This document shows, piece after piece, positions 53,531-64,000 of a stretch of DNA of 64,000 nucleotides. Position 1 is the stretch's first letter. Each line of letters begins with the position of its first letter. The notes beneath the pieces are model-generated. The model was not told the DNA's origin and ran no database searches. It saw only the letters and a program-made list of their open reading frames with translations. This stretch comes from Raillietiella orientalis. Its lineage: Eukaryota. The stretch spans positions 5,022,001 through 5,086,000 of the forward strand of contig JAYWIR010000003.1 in NCBI GenBank assembly GCA_036172245.1, in the 5' to 3' direction. A program made the position numbers and the translations under genes.

Positions 53531-54422
53531 TTTTTTTTTTTTGGTTTGCTAAGAGCCGGTCGCGTGCCTCACGGCGCACGTGGCCTTTTTTTTTTAAACA
53601 CCTCTCCGCCTGCGGCAACCTTGAGGATAGGGCACCCTGGGATGGGGGTGGGGTCCGCCCTATGAATCCAAGAAGGGCTCGGAGTCCGTTCCTCTCACGC
53701 TTGGGAAGGGATTCCCCTGGACGGGGAGGATCGCACCTCCCACCCTGGTTGTCTCCGAAGGGGAACCCGGAAGGGAATCTCCTTCCTCATTCTCTCCGGA
53801 GGGACAGCCCCTGGAAGGGGGGTGGTCCTCTCCATTTCAACTTCTCCGAAGGGAACCCGGAAAGCATCCGCTAGTAGGAATTTCTTCGGAGGGAACCGCA
53901 AGGGAACCTCTCCTGTTCACTCCTCTGAAGAGAACCCCGAAGGGACGCTTCCGAAACTCAGAAGGGGCGCTGCAGCTTCCCTAAGGGGGATCGCTCTCGC
54001 TTGCTTCCTTGCACTCTCGAAGAGGCGTAGACTCGGAGGGCCCCCCTCGCAACAGGGGGAGGGACGCTCCTTTAAACAACTGGAGAAGTGCTGTGTGAAG
54101 GCTCCTGCTCCATCTTGAAACCGGTGGGGTCCCCTGGTGAGGGAGGTCCGCTCTATGTTGCACGACCGGAGGGGGAACTTCCCACTCCTTTTATTCCTGG
54201 AGGGACCCGAAGGTCGACTCTCATTGTTCCGGCCTTCATTGGGGGCCTCCGGTTTGAACCGCTACCGTTGCCACGCCCGAATGTCTCGGTCAACCAGGGC
54301 CGTTGCAGGAGAAACTCGGAACCCAACGACACAGTAACATCAGTTTAATGCCGGAGTATTCGAACCCGCGACTCATGGTGCCACACGAGGAAGCCTTAAC
54401 CACAAGGCCTCCGACGCGGGCA
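53531..54422 (-). mobile_element. Full-length tRNA-derived SINE (~890 bp)
   Basis: Head GCGTCGGAGGCCTTGTGGTTAAGGC...GCGGGTTCGAATAC carries A and B boxes and a D-stem. Poly-A tail present. TCCTGGTTTT flanks both sides (53521-53530 and 54423-54432) as a target-site duplication. Second partial copy at 16959-17210. Confidence 0.8.
53752..53950. repeat. Five degenerate tandem units (40-50 bp period) inside the SINE body
   Basis: Core TCTCCGRAGGGAACCCGGAAGGG starting near 53752, 53793, 53843, 53883 and 53922. Confidence 0.75.
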
Positions 54423-57400
54423 TCCTGGTTTTCGAGTGGGACGGTGCAGGCGATCCCAGATCCAAACAGCTCTCTGTGTCTTGTCGAGCGGCGACGAAGT
54501 CGCAGAAAAAGAAAGCCTCCTCAGCTTGAGGCGACTGCCGGCGGAGCGGCAGATTTCCTCCCAGCATCACGAAAAGTCCGCGTTCCTCGGCGCGCACTCT
54601 GCCCGTCCTTCGCCGAAGACCGTCGGAAAACCCACCAGGCCGTCTTTGCCGCTTTCTCCCGAGCTGCCGCCGTTGTCTGCCTGTTTTCGCCCCTGCGTGA
54701 GAGCGTGTCCGAGGTCACGTGCGGTTCCGGCAGGGGGCGTCGTCGTCGGCTTCTCTCGTGCGTTTCGCGCCCCAGGGCTGCCCCTTCGCCGTCCCCCCGC
54801 GCCGGCAGCGTTCCCTGTTCCCGCAGCCCGGAGGTTCGGCCGCATCCAGTGGAGGTCGGCACGCCGCCGCCTCTGGAGGAGCTACGCGCGGTCTCGCGGC
54901 AAACCGTGCTCCGGAAACGACCGTGAAAGTGGTGCGCGTGGCTGGTGACCTTGCGGAGGCTCAAGACGGACAGAACCCGCCTCCTCGTATTCTGTCGGTG
55001 TCTCGACCCGGTTCCCTGTGATCCTGTCCTGCAGCTCCAGCAGCCGGTGCCGGCGAACCGGACGCCGCTTTCGCTGGCTCGATCATCCTCACGACCCGGG
55101 GCTTTCGCTCCACGCTCTCCGTTGTGCTTCGTACACGTGGTTCACAAGCGTGCGTGCTGCCCCTCATCCGGTTCTCTTTCGTTTCCTGGAAGTTGGGGAG
55201 CCTGTCTGGGAAGATCGGCTGGTCAGTAGGTCCTCCCGCATGGCACCACTCGGCAGAAGGTGTGCGAGGAACCGCTTCATCGCCATCCTCTCGGGTTCCA
55301 CCGTCGCCGCCGCTCTTCGCTCCTTCCCTGTCGGCTCCCTCGCCTCTACGACCGTGGTGCTCCCCCGCCTATGGAGTGACTGCGAGCATCCGACCGCGGT
55401 CGACCCGACCCATCGCTGCGGCGGCACCACGGCGGTGAGCCACATGGTCAGAGTTCACTATCGCATCGTCCACGCTTCCTCGCGCCACTGAGGAAGGGGA
55501 GCTGTGAGTCTTTCCGCTGCCGGTGTTCCGGGGACCCCGCCCGCTGCTGATCCAGCATGGCTCTCCTCTTCACCTCAGCCAGGCTGCGCTCTTCGACCTG
55601 GCGCTCTGGCCCGCCACGTGACCGGCCGAGCCGAAGTCTTTCGCATCCCTTCGGCCGCTTGCGCGTGGATGCTCATGGCGCGAAGATGATGGTGGCGGTG
55701 GATGAACTCGCCTTCCAGGTGGCCGGCGACACCCACGAGGAGACTCCCAGAGATCTCCGGCCCCGAGCTACGTCTTCCTCTCAGAGGAGACATCCCCAGC
55801 CGCCCCGTGACGACTGCTTTTCCGGATCTTCCTCTCCTGCCGGAAGTCAGGCTGTCAGATGAACCCGGGAGACTTGTGCGCCCCCCCCCCGGGAATCCTC
55901 TGTGAGACGCGCGCTCCCTCTCTTCCCCCCCCCTTCCTCTTCGTGACGCGCGCGCCCTCGTGACCTCTTTCCTTATCCTCCTCCTCTGCCCCTCTCCCTC
56001 TCTGTCCGGTCGCCTCTTTAACGCGTTCCGTTGCTTTGCAGGTCACCGTCATCTTGGTCCTGTCCCTGATGGCGCTGCTGGTGAACCTCCTCTGTCAGGA
56101 CAGGAGTGCCAGGTACGGCCGGCAGCGGGTTCCCCCTCCTCCCTTCTGCAGAGCCTCTGGCGTCATCTCGAGAAGAGGCGGGAAAGTGGGGAGGATAGGC
56201 AAAGGCGATCCCGCGCTTCTTCAGCGCAGATGTTCTTCTCAAAGGGAGGGGCGTGGGGGTGGGGAAGCGGCGGCGGCAGAGGAAGTTGGAAGCTCCAAAG
56301 CGACAGCAGGAAGGGCCGGGGAATTTCCGGTTCTGCCGCATGGCGAGGCTCCGTGGTTCTCACGCGGTCGACTCCATGACGATCAGGCCCTGTCGTCACC
56401 GCCGTTCTCCCTTTTGCTCGCTTTTTGAGAGGGAAGCGCCCTCTCGTCCCCCTTCCTCGACGCCAGTGGGGGATGCCTGCCTCCAAGATAGCAACTTCTC
56501 CAGGGGAGGGAGGGATGGCTGGCCCCGGGAAAAGGGGACAGCCCGGTGGCATCCCTCCCTCCCTCGTCACACTCCGGCTGCCCTCCAGGCGGCCCCGCTC
56601 GTACTTCTCGATTCGACTTGCCGCGGCGTCCCCAGGACAACGGCGGCGGGCTGGAGCGCGGTTGGATGATGCGAGGGAGGGGGACAGAGAAGGGAGGGCG
56701 GGACCCACCTTTTCCCTCCCTCCCTTCGGGTTCTTTTGCTCCGCGCTTGTCTCCCGGATACCTCGCGCTGCGGGCGACCAGGATGAGCGCAATCGGCGGA
56801 CATATGTGCGTGTGTGTGTGGTTGTCCCAGCTGGAAGGGCGTTTTCGCTCTGGCACCACTCTTGGAATTGCGTGTGGGACCTCCCCCCCCCAGCTGCCAC
56901 CCACCCCCGCTCAAGTGCACGCCTCCCTCAGCAACGCCTCCAGCAAAACGGGGAGAGCAGGACCGAATGGGAGGTGCTCGCGGCCGCGAGCAAAGCAGGG
57001 AGACGAGCACTCGCCGGCAACGGGAGAAGGGGGTGGGACCTACTGCGCTCGTCCTCCCGGCGGCCTCGAGGTCGGCGAATTCAGGAGGGGACGACCGGTA
57101 GCTTCGCGGACGCATCGTCACCGACTTTCCTCCTCCTCGCTCGTTTCCCAGAGCGCTTACCACGGGGAGCGGCGGGGCTGCTGGTGGACGCTTTTGCCGA
57201 CGTCTCCCGGATCCTCGCTCCCTCGTTGCCCCGGTAACGAGGAGGCTTTGCCCGTATGGGCACATAAAATTAAAAAAGAAGGAAAGGAAAAGGGGACTGC
57301 CCGTGGTGGTGGGGGACGCATCGGGGTCACGTAACCCTCTCCTCGGGCGCCACGAGTGTCCAGCAATGGCTATGGTCCAGGATTTTCGCCCGAGGGGAAG

Positions 57401-60299
57401 AGGTCTCTCAATGGACCGGACCTCTGCCCCTTCTTCCACGTTTCCAAGCCCGCAGAGGACACCGACGCAGGTGCGAGCCCCATGCCGTCACTCCAGTCGC
57501 TGCGGAGTCATTTGGTCCAGCCTGCCTTCCCCGGACTGCAAAGCGGGCGGTCCTGCTGGGAGACTCCCTTGGGGTGGCGCGTACCAGAAGGCACGAGGGG
57601 GGACGCGGATTGAGGACCTCCTCTAGGTCGAGGCCCCCTGCTGTTGCTCAGCGAGCGAGTTTCGAAGGCCCGTCGGGGAAAGGGATGCGGAAAGGGGGGA
57701 GGGTGAGGCGGCCATCCGAGGTCGCATCGATCCATCTTGTGCCCCTTGCGGAGCGCTGGTCGCCTTCGGGCCGTCATGGTAGGAAGGAAGAGGTCGAGAG
57801 CTCCCGATCGGACGACGGTAAGGAAGAGGAGGAGACGAGCAGCACGTATAGGACACAGCCGCTTCGAGATCACGGTAAGTGCCCCAGGCGGAGGTCTCAG
57901 ATGAAGAGGAGTGGGCTCTCCTCCTTCTCCCGGCCGAGAAGGCTCAGCCATCCCTCCGGACGCGAGACTAGAGCTGAGGAGGGGGAGAGGGAGCGGAAGG
58001 ACGGGGAGAGGGCTGAGAATCAACCTGCCGCTATCGTGAGGGGGAGGAAGCGGCATCCGATCGATCGGTCCTCATGGACTCTGCGAGCGGACGGGAGCGC
58101 CTCTCCTCCTGCGGGGCTGCTGTTGGCGGCGGCGGCGGTGGGGGCGATCGCCTTCGGCAAGCTCATCCATTATTCACATCCGTCGGGGCAGGGGCTCGAC
58201 AGCAGTGCCACGCCGAGGCTGGCGGCGCGCGCGCGTTCCATCTTGTTCCATCAGATGAAGGGACCGCCCTCATGCACGCGCAGTGGTACGGCCACGTCTT
58301 TCGTTCGAGGTGCTCTCGGTCGCTTGGTTTCGGATCCTTGGTGGCGCCTCCTCTCGCTCGCTGACCCGAGGCTGAGGGCGCCTTTCCGCTTACCCCGTTT
58401 TTCTTTCGTCCGGGCCGGAAGACACCGACGCTGGCGGTACCCTGCAGCGGCGAAGGGAGGGCGGGAAGGGACAGGTCGGCCGGCACTTTCTGGGCACGCG
58501 GGGCATGTGATGTGGCGGACGCCACAGACAGATGCCCCGAGGCGACGGCCGCATCTTCTCCGCCTTGTCTTTCGCCCCCTTGCGCGGCTCAGAGTCCGGT
58601 GCCCTGCTGCCCCCGCCAGCTGCCGTTCTTTCCTTCCTTGCTCCAGTGTTCCGGGTGGCGCCACCGGTCCCACTCCTGGCCCCGTTGCAGCTGTGCGGAC
58701 CTCGTGGCCGACTCCGAGCGATTCCCATCGTGCCCTTTGAGAGGAGGGATGTCTGGAGAGGGGAGTAGGAGGAGCGAGGATGAAGAGTCTGGGGAGTGTC
58801 ATTTTTTCCGACGCGATCTTCCCGGTTGGACTTTTCCGGGATCGCCTGGATCCTTCTGCTCCCTTGGGGAGCGCCTCCACCTCCAGGAGTTCTCTTGCTT
58901 CCCCTCTGGCAATCCGTGGGTCGCTCGGGAGGACTGCCTTTCCCTCTCGTGGCGGGTGCTAAATTGGGGCAGTCTTTCGGCGCCCTCCTGGGGGACCGCC
59001 GTCCCCTGGGACGCCACTGCTACGCCGAGCGCCGTCCTCTGCCTCCCTGGGGGAGAATATCAGCGGGACCGCCTTCTTCTGGGCGCAAGGGAAGGGCAAG
59101 GGGTCCCCCTCGCTCTTCCCGGCACCCTTCCCTGAACGGATGGAGTGCGCGGAGTGAAGGGCTGCCTGGGAAGTGCCCACCATCCTCCCCCGCTGCGCTG
59201 CTCCTTGGTGGTGGAAGCGCTGCTCTCCTCCCGATGAAGGGCAGAGACTGCGGGCGAGATCGCCCAAGGGTAGTCACGTCTCTCCTCGGGAGCGCTAGCA
59301 GTGAGGGAGGGACAGCCGGACGTCACCCGCCGTGTTTTCCTGTTTCCCTCTTCCCCGTCCCCTTCATGTCGAGAAAGAGAGGTCAGCTGCGGCGCCTCCC
59401 TCTTTCCCGACCCTCTGCGCACGTGCCGAGCCAGGGGCATCGCTGGAGAGGTGCCCCTGGACCCCTTCATCTCCCCAAGGACGGGGAGTCTTCCCAGAAG
59501 GCGGCGCCAAAGAGGGTACCCTGGAGAGAACGGGAGCGACGGGGTTGAGGCCTGCGCGCGCGTGGAGGGCGAGTGTTCCATTCCCGCACGAGGGACAGCA
59601 TTCCCGTCGCCTCTGCCTCCTCCTACTTTCTCGCGTGCTCCACGGGGGAAGAAGGGGGGAGGTAACGACGAAGCATGCCCGGCGGACCCTCTTTCAGAAG
59701 CGGCAGCAGCGTGTTTGCCTGTGCGGTCATTAGTTCTCATGGAGCTGGGCTCTCGCTCCTTCGAGCGCTTTCAATCAGGGACGAGGGTCGATCTGGAATG
59801 GTCGGTCCCCCTGGGTAGCGGGGAAGAGATCGCGGATTCCCCTTGTCCGACTTGTTCCCTGGGCCCATCCCACTAGGGGTGCGTCCGTCGTCAGGGAGAC
59901 AGGGAAGGCAATCGAGCGGTGAAGAGGGATTCCTCGGTATCTCCCCCTTCCCCGCCTGCATCTTGAGATCACTCGGTGCGGGTGACCCTCTTGGAGGAAG
60001 CTTCCCGCAAGGCGAGACGGGAGATGCCAGCGGCTGGATCCCAGGAAGTGTTCCGGGGCCAGGTGGGGCATCTTATCCTCCATCAGGGCTGCCGCCTGCC
60101 CCAGCTCATCATTCCGTCTCCGCGACGCTCCTTGGCGCCCGTATTTTCACGGCAGGCGCCACCGGTAAGGTTCTACCTGAGCAGACACCGCTCCCGCCTC
60201 CACGACGGGAGGAGGGCGTTGGCTCAGACAGGGAACCGAGAAGCCCGCGTGTGGCGATACCCTGCTTCTGTGCCTCCTCCTTTCTCTCCCCATCATTCC

Positions 60300-61450
60300 C
60301 GTTGTCGTCCTTTCCTGCGTGTCCCGTTGGCGACTGCGCGCGAGTTCCTTCGGGGACGCGCCCGCGTCAAGAGCTCTCCTCCCTCTCGTCTCTCAGCGAC
60401 TACCGGGACTGGGACGTGCCTTGCGCGTGCATCTGCTGGCCCCTTCCTTCCCACGCGGGAGAACCTTTGAGCTCCGCAGGGACGCCTCTCCTCGCTCCCG
60501 GATTCGCCGGACAGACGCACCTGACCTTTATCGTTCCGAAGAGACGCGCGTTCGCAGTGTCAGGAGCACCTGACCCGTGTGTCCCTCCCCTCCTGCGTTC
60601 CCGGCCACGTCAGCCATGTTGCGTGGCGAGAGGATGCGCCCGAAACGCCAGCGGCGCCTTGCGACTGCGGCTCCGTGGGAAGCGAAAGGCGGGAGATGCG
60701 GCTCCGCCGCCTTCCACGGGAAAGACCCCATCTTTCGCCTCCCTGTTGCCATCTGGAGGGGCAGCCAGCTGTTCGCTCCGCCGATGCGGCTTCCTGATTT
60801 CCTCCGGGAGGCGCTCCCGTAGTTCGCGGGCCCTCCTTCCCTCTCTCCCCCTCCACCCGGTGGGAAATCCTCAAAATGCGAGGACCGGTGCCAGCGAGCG
60901 TTGGTCGTGTCTCCTCCTCCCCCCTTTCCCCACTTTTTCTTTCCGTAGGGCATCTCTGGAAACGGGCGTCGTCGTCTTTCAGCCTCTTCCTGATCGCGGC
61001 CCGCCGAATTCTCCGCGAGGCGCCTCGGTGGACTCGGGGAGATGCGCGCGCGCAGAACGCCGAAGGCGCAGCGACCTGCTTCCTGCGCGTTCTGGAAGAG
61101 GCGCCACTTTATTTTCCCGCCGGAGAGCAGCGTGGGCGGACGACTGCCCTACTTCCGGTCACTGTCGCACGCATCATGCGTCCAGGCGCGCCTCCTTCGG
61201 ATCTTCGGACTGCTCATGGAGCGCGTCCTTCCCTTCCGCTCCCAACCAGGAGCGCATCGGAAGAGCGGACGGACTCTCTCTGACCACCGCGAGACGGGAC
61301 CCAGCGCGTTGCCAGCGGCATCCTCCAGGGACGTCTCTCGCTCCCCTCCTTGGTCCCAGTCCATCCCGATCAGGGCGCTCATCGCAAAGGACCTCGTAGT
61401 GGTGGTAATACGGGCGAGATAGGTTCCCAATCCCCACCCTGCTGCTGCAG
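60300..61450 (-). mobile_element. Decayed GC-rich L1-like ORF2 relic
   Basis: ALIGMDW (GDW-like), EARLD, SD..RAVV, KIKWRL and later NPGARRGVPAEL (cf. SPGPDG.PAE), in the expected order. Confidence 0.3.
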
Positions 61451-63794
61451 GCACGAAATGAGGGTGTCATGATCTCTCGAGCTTTCCGGTGGCGCGCGCG
61501 CCGGTCCTTGAGCCTCTCTCACCAGCTGAGCTTCTCACAGCCATCCTCCGGGGGAGGGGGGAAGGGGAGGAGGGCTCTGATGAAGCCACCCCGCGCGTCC
61601 CGCTGATCCCTCTGCCCCGCGGCTCCGCGCTCCCAACGCGGCGGCGGCGGCGATTCCCCTTCGTCGCGCGCCTTCCGGCTGGCCGTCACTGCGCTGTTCC
61701 CTCGTTCTTGGCGACCGCCCGGGACTTCTCGGTGCCATCCCGCGTCGGGCTCGACCTTGGGAATACGGCGGTCAGCCGGATAGAACGGGGGAGGGGAAGG
61801 GGATTTGCCGAGCGCCGTCGCGCCCTCCCCGTTCCGTTCCCAGCTCGACGACTCCAGCAGGCATCACGGCGCTAGCCTGCGCCTCCGCGGTCTTTCAATG
61901 GCAGCAGTCACCGCCCGTCCTCGGAGCCTCTGCGAGTGCTGCCGGAGTTGCGAGAAGGAGCCATCGACCTTCCCTCGCAGAGCTCCTCGCGCGGGACGAC
62001 GAAGCTGGCTGGCGGCTCCTCTCCACCCACCCCCAGGTGCGTCCCGTCGCGGGGTCCACGGAAGGCTCGCCATCTCGCCGTTGCTTCGCGGGAGGCAAGG
62101 GAAGAGCGAGATCCCCTCCTTCCCCTCTGAGTGAGGTTCCACGAATCCCGGGTAGTGGAAGAACGAAGGAGCCGCCGTCGACATCGCGGCAGAGTCCGTC
62201 CGCCATCTTGGAGCTGCCGACGTGACAGATTGACTCGGGAGATGCCGCCTTCTCGAGGAACTCGGAAGGAGAGGAGGGGGAGGAGGGTGGGGGCGGGGGG
62301 TCAAGGCTTCCCTGTCGTGCAACGGGCTTCTCGGAAGGAGAGCAGCAGAGCGGAAAGCTGGGCGCGCCGGAGGGGCGCCGCTCTCGAGGGTGGGAGGGGT
62401 GGGGGGGGGGGAGGGTAAGCGCGAGGGTTGAAAGTGGGAAACATGGAGGCGTCGAGTTCATCGGCTGGAACTCTGGCAAGGGAGCGGCCGCGTGGGCGTT
62501 TCTGGTCAGCCAGCAGTTAGGTGCGCTGCCCAAAGCGAACACGCGCCTCCTCTCAGGCAGGGGCGAGCTCGGCGCGCGCGCGGGGGAGGTAGCCGGTCTC
62601 TGGGGTCGGCGTAGGCGAAGGCGGATTGGCGGGGGAGGGGGGTCTCCGGCAGCTTCTCCCGAGCTCCTTCCGCGCTGCTGCCCTCGTCGCAGCGCGGAAG
62701 GAGCCCCAGAGAGGGAGAGGGAAGGGCGGAGACGGTGGAGCGCCCCTCTCCGGGCTGGTCGAGAGGGTGCCTCCCATTCGTAAAGATTCGGTGGTGTTCC
62801 AGGACGCTGCGTGGGCAATGCGTGTGGCGGTGGCCTCTCTACCCCAAGCGGCAGCTGATCTCTTTGGCGTCCTTCCTCTGCCGACCCGCTCCGACTTCAA
62901 GACGGGCGGACAGCCGGCCCTCGCGCCAAGGACCGGCAGAAGGGTGGCAGAGCCACCCGCATGGCTCACTCTCAGGCGGCCTCTTCCGGAGAGGGGGCGG
63001 CCGCGAAGGGGTCGTTGCGGGAGGGAATTATTTATGACCGTCGCGAGCCGCCTTCCTGAGCTGCCTGGGGCTAATCGGCCCGCGCGTCCGAGCGATCTCT
63101 CCAGTGAAGGACGTCCTCCGGAGGCATGAATTATTCGTGACGGTTTGCTCTCGTTGTCTTGGCAGCGACTTCCAATATTCATGCAATCTTTGCCGCGGTT
63201 CCCTCCGCCGCGTCTTTCTTATTAATCACCGTTCCTTCCTAGGCGTCTTCCTTCCTTCCGTTCCCTTCCGTCCTCGTGTCCCGAGGCCGCTGGACGGTGG
63301 CGACGCTGCTCTTTCGGAACGGACGATGTTTACCTGCGGAGAGTCCCGAAACCCCCAGGAGGAGGCGGAGGAGGAGAGAGAGAGTAAAAAAAAAAGAGGG
63401 AGAGGTGGGGAGGGGAAAGAGGACGGCCCTCTCCAGGGAGGAAGGAAGGACGGACGCGTGTGTTGCCAAGCCCCTATTAAATGGACAAGCGGGAGAGGAG
63501 GAGCAGGCAACCCGTCAGGAAGAGGAAGACGAGGAGGGAGAACCATTCATTAATAGGGAAAGGAGTGCACGCAACCGTCCCGGGATAGCCTGACGAGTGG
63601 GTATGGCCCGCGAAAGCCGAGGGTTGCAGGGAAGAAAGCGGGAGAGCGGCGGCGGACGTCCGTAGTTGTTTATCAGGGATCGAGAGGGAAGGAAAGACGC
63701 CACCGGCGCCTCGGGAGAGGCAGGTTCAGCGGAACGCACGCGGCACTTTGCGAGGAAGAGTGATTAAGGGCGAGCGATCGCCGCCAACCTTCAG

Positions 63795-64000
63795 GATCCA
63801 AGATGCTGAGCATGTACCACGGGCGCCAGAACCGGGCGCTGAAGATGTATTTCCCGGAAATCTGCAACCCCAAATACCTGGGTCACGACCGCTTCAACTA
63901 CCGGCAGCCGGGAGTGAACTACGACAAGTGGCCCCGCAAGATCCGACCTGCCAAGAAGCCCCCGAAGATGGTCATCGAGCTGGAGGCTCCCTCTGACATC
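63795..64000 (+). CDS. Coding exon of an unidentified protein, open at the window edge: (S)KMLSMYHGRQNRALKMYFPEICNPKYLGHDRFNYRQPGVNYDKWPRKIRPAKKPPKMVIELEAPSDI
   Basis: Acceptor CCTTCAG at 63794 and a stop-free frame (ATG at 63803) with strong C/G third-position bias and normal amino-acid composition, unlike the surrounding spurious ORFs. The ORF track misses it because there is no stop. Confidence 0.7.

Noticed and set aside
53752..53950. Spaced repeats superficially like a CRISPR array
   Set aside because: Units are degenerate, spacers are short and irregular, they lie inside a SINE in a eukaryote, and no cas genes are present.
54350..54417. Functional tRNA gene
   Set aside because: Acceptor, anticodon and T stems do not pair properly; it is the SINE head.
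56163..63182. Long ORFs 57574-58740 (388 aa), 59843-61399 (518 aa), 61895-62818 (307 aa) and others
   Set aside because: Low-complexity GC-driven frames with no codon bias or domain; partly antisense to decayed LINE sequence.

Overview
Eukaryotic (animal, probably arthropod) genomic DNA; the spliced genes rule out a prokaryote. An AT-rich central island (~9-27 kb) holds four intact housekeeping genes that I spliced by hand: TYW4/LCMT2 (-), KRR1 (-, intronless), TRMT10C/MRPP1 (+) and MCM10 (-). Many of their introns are only 40-48 nt. KRR1 appears to sit on the same strand inside the first intron of TYW4. The flanks are much richer in GC and consist largely of decayed mobile DNA: many L1/Tx1-like non-LTR relics (two families seen in several diverged copies, with covarying RNA hairpins in their 3' regions), a complete ~890-bp tRNA-headed SINE with a target-site duplication, a hAT-Buster deletion derivative, and weaker CR1-like and Ty3/Gypsy-like traces. 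A strongly coding exon of an unidentified gene runs off the right edge. Nearly all long ORFs in the GC-rich flanks look spurious. The best novelty candidates are the nested KRR1/TYW4 locus, the family-B LINE 3' module (hairpins, AT tract, then a conserved possible extra ORF) and the SINE. All assignments come from motif recognition by eye; no database searches were run.
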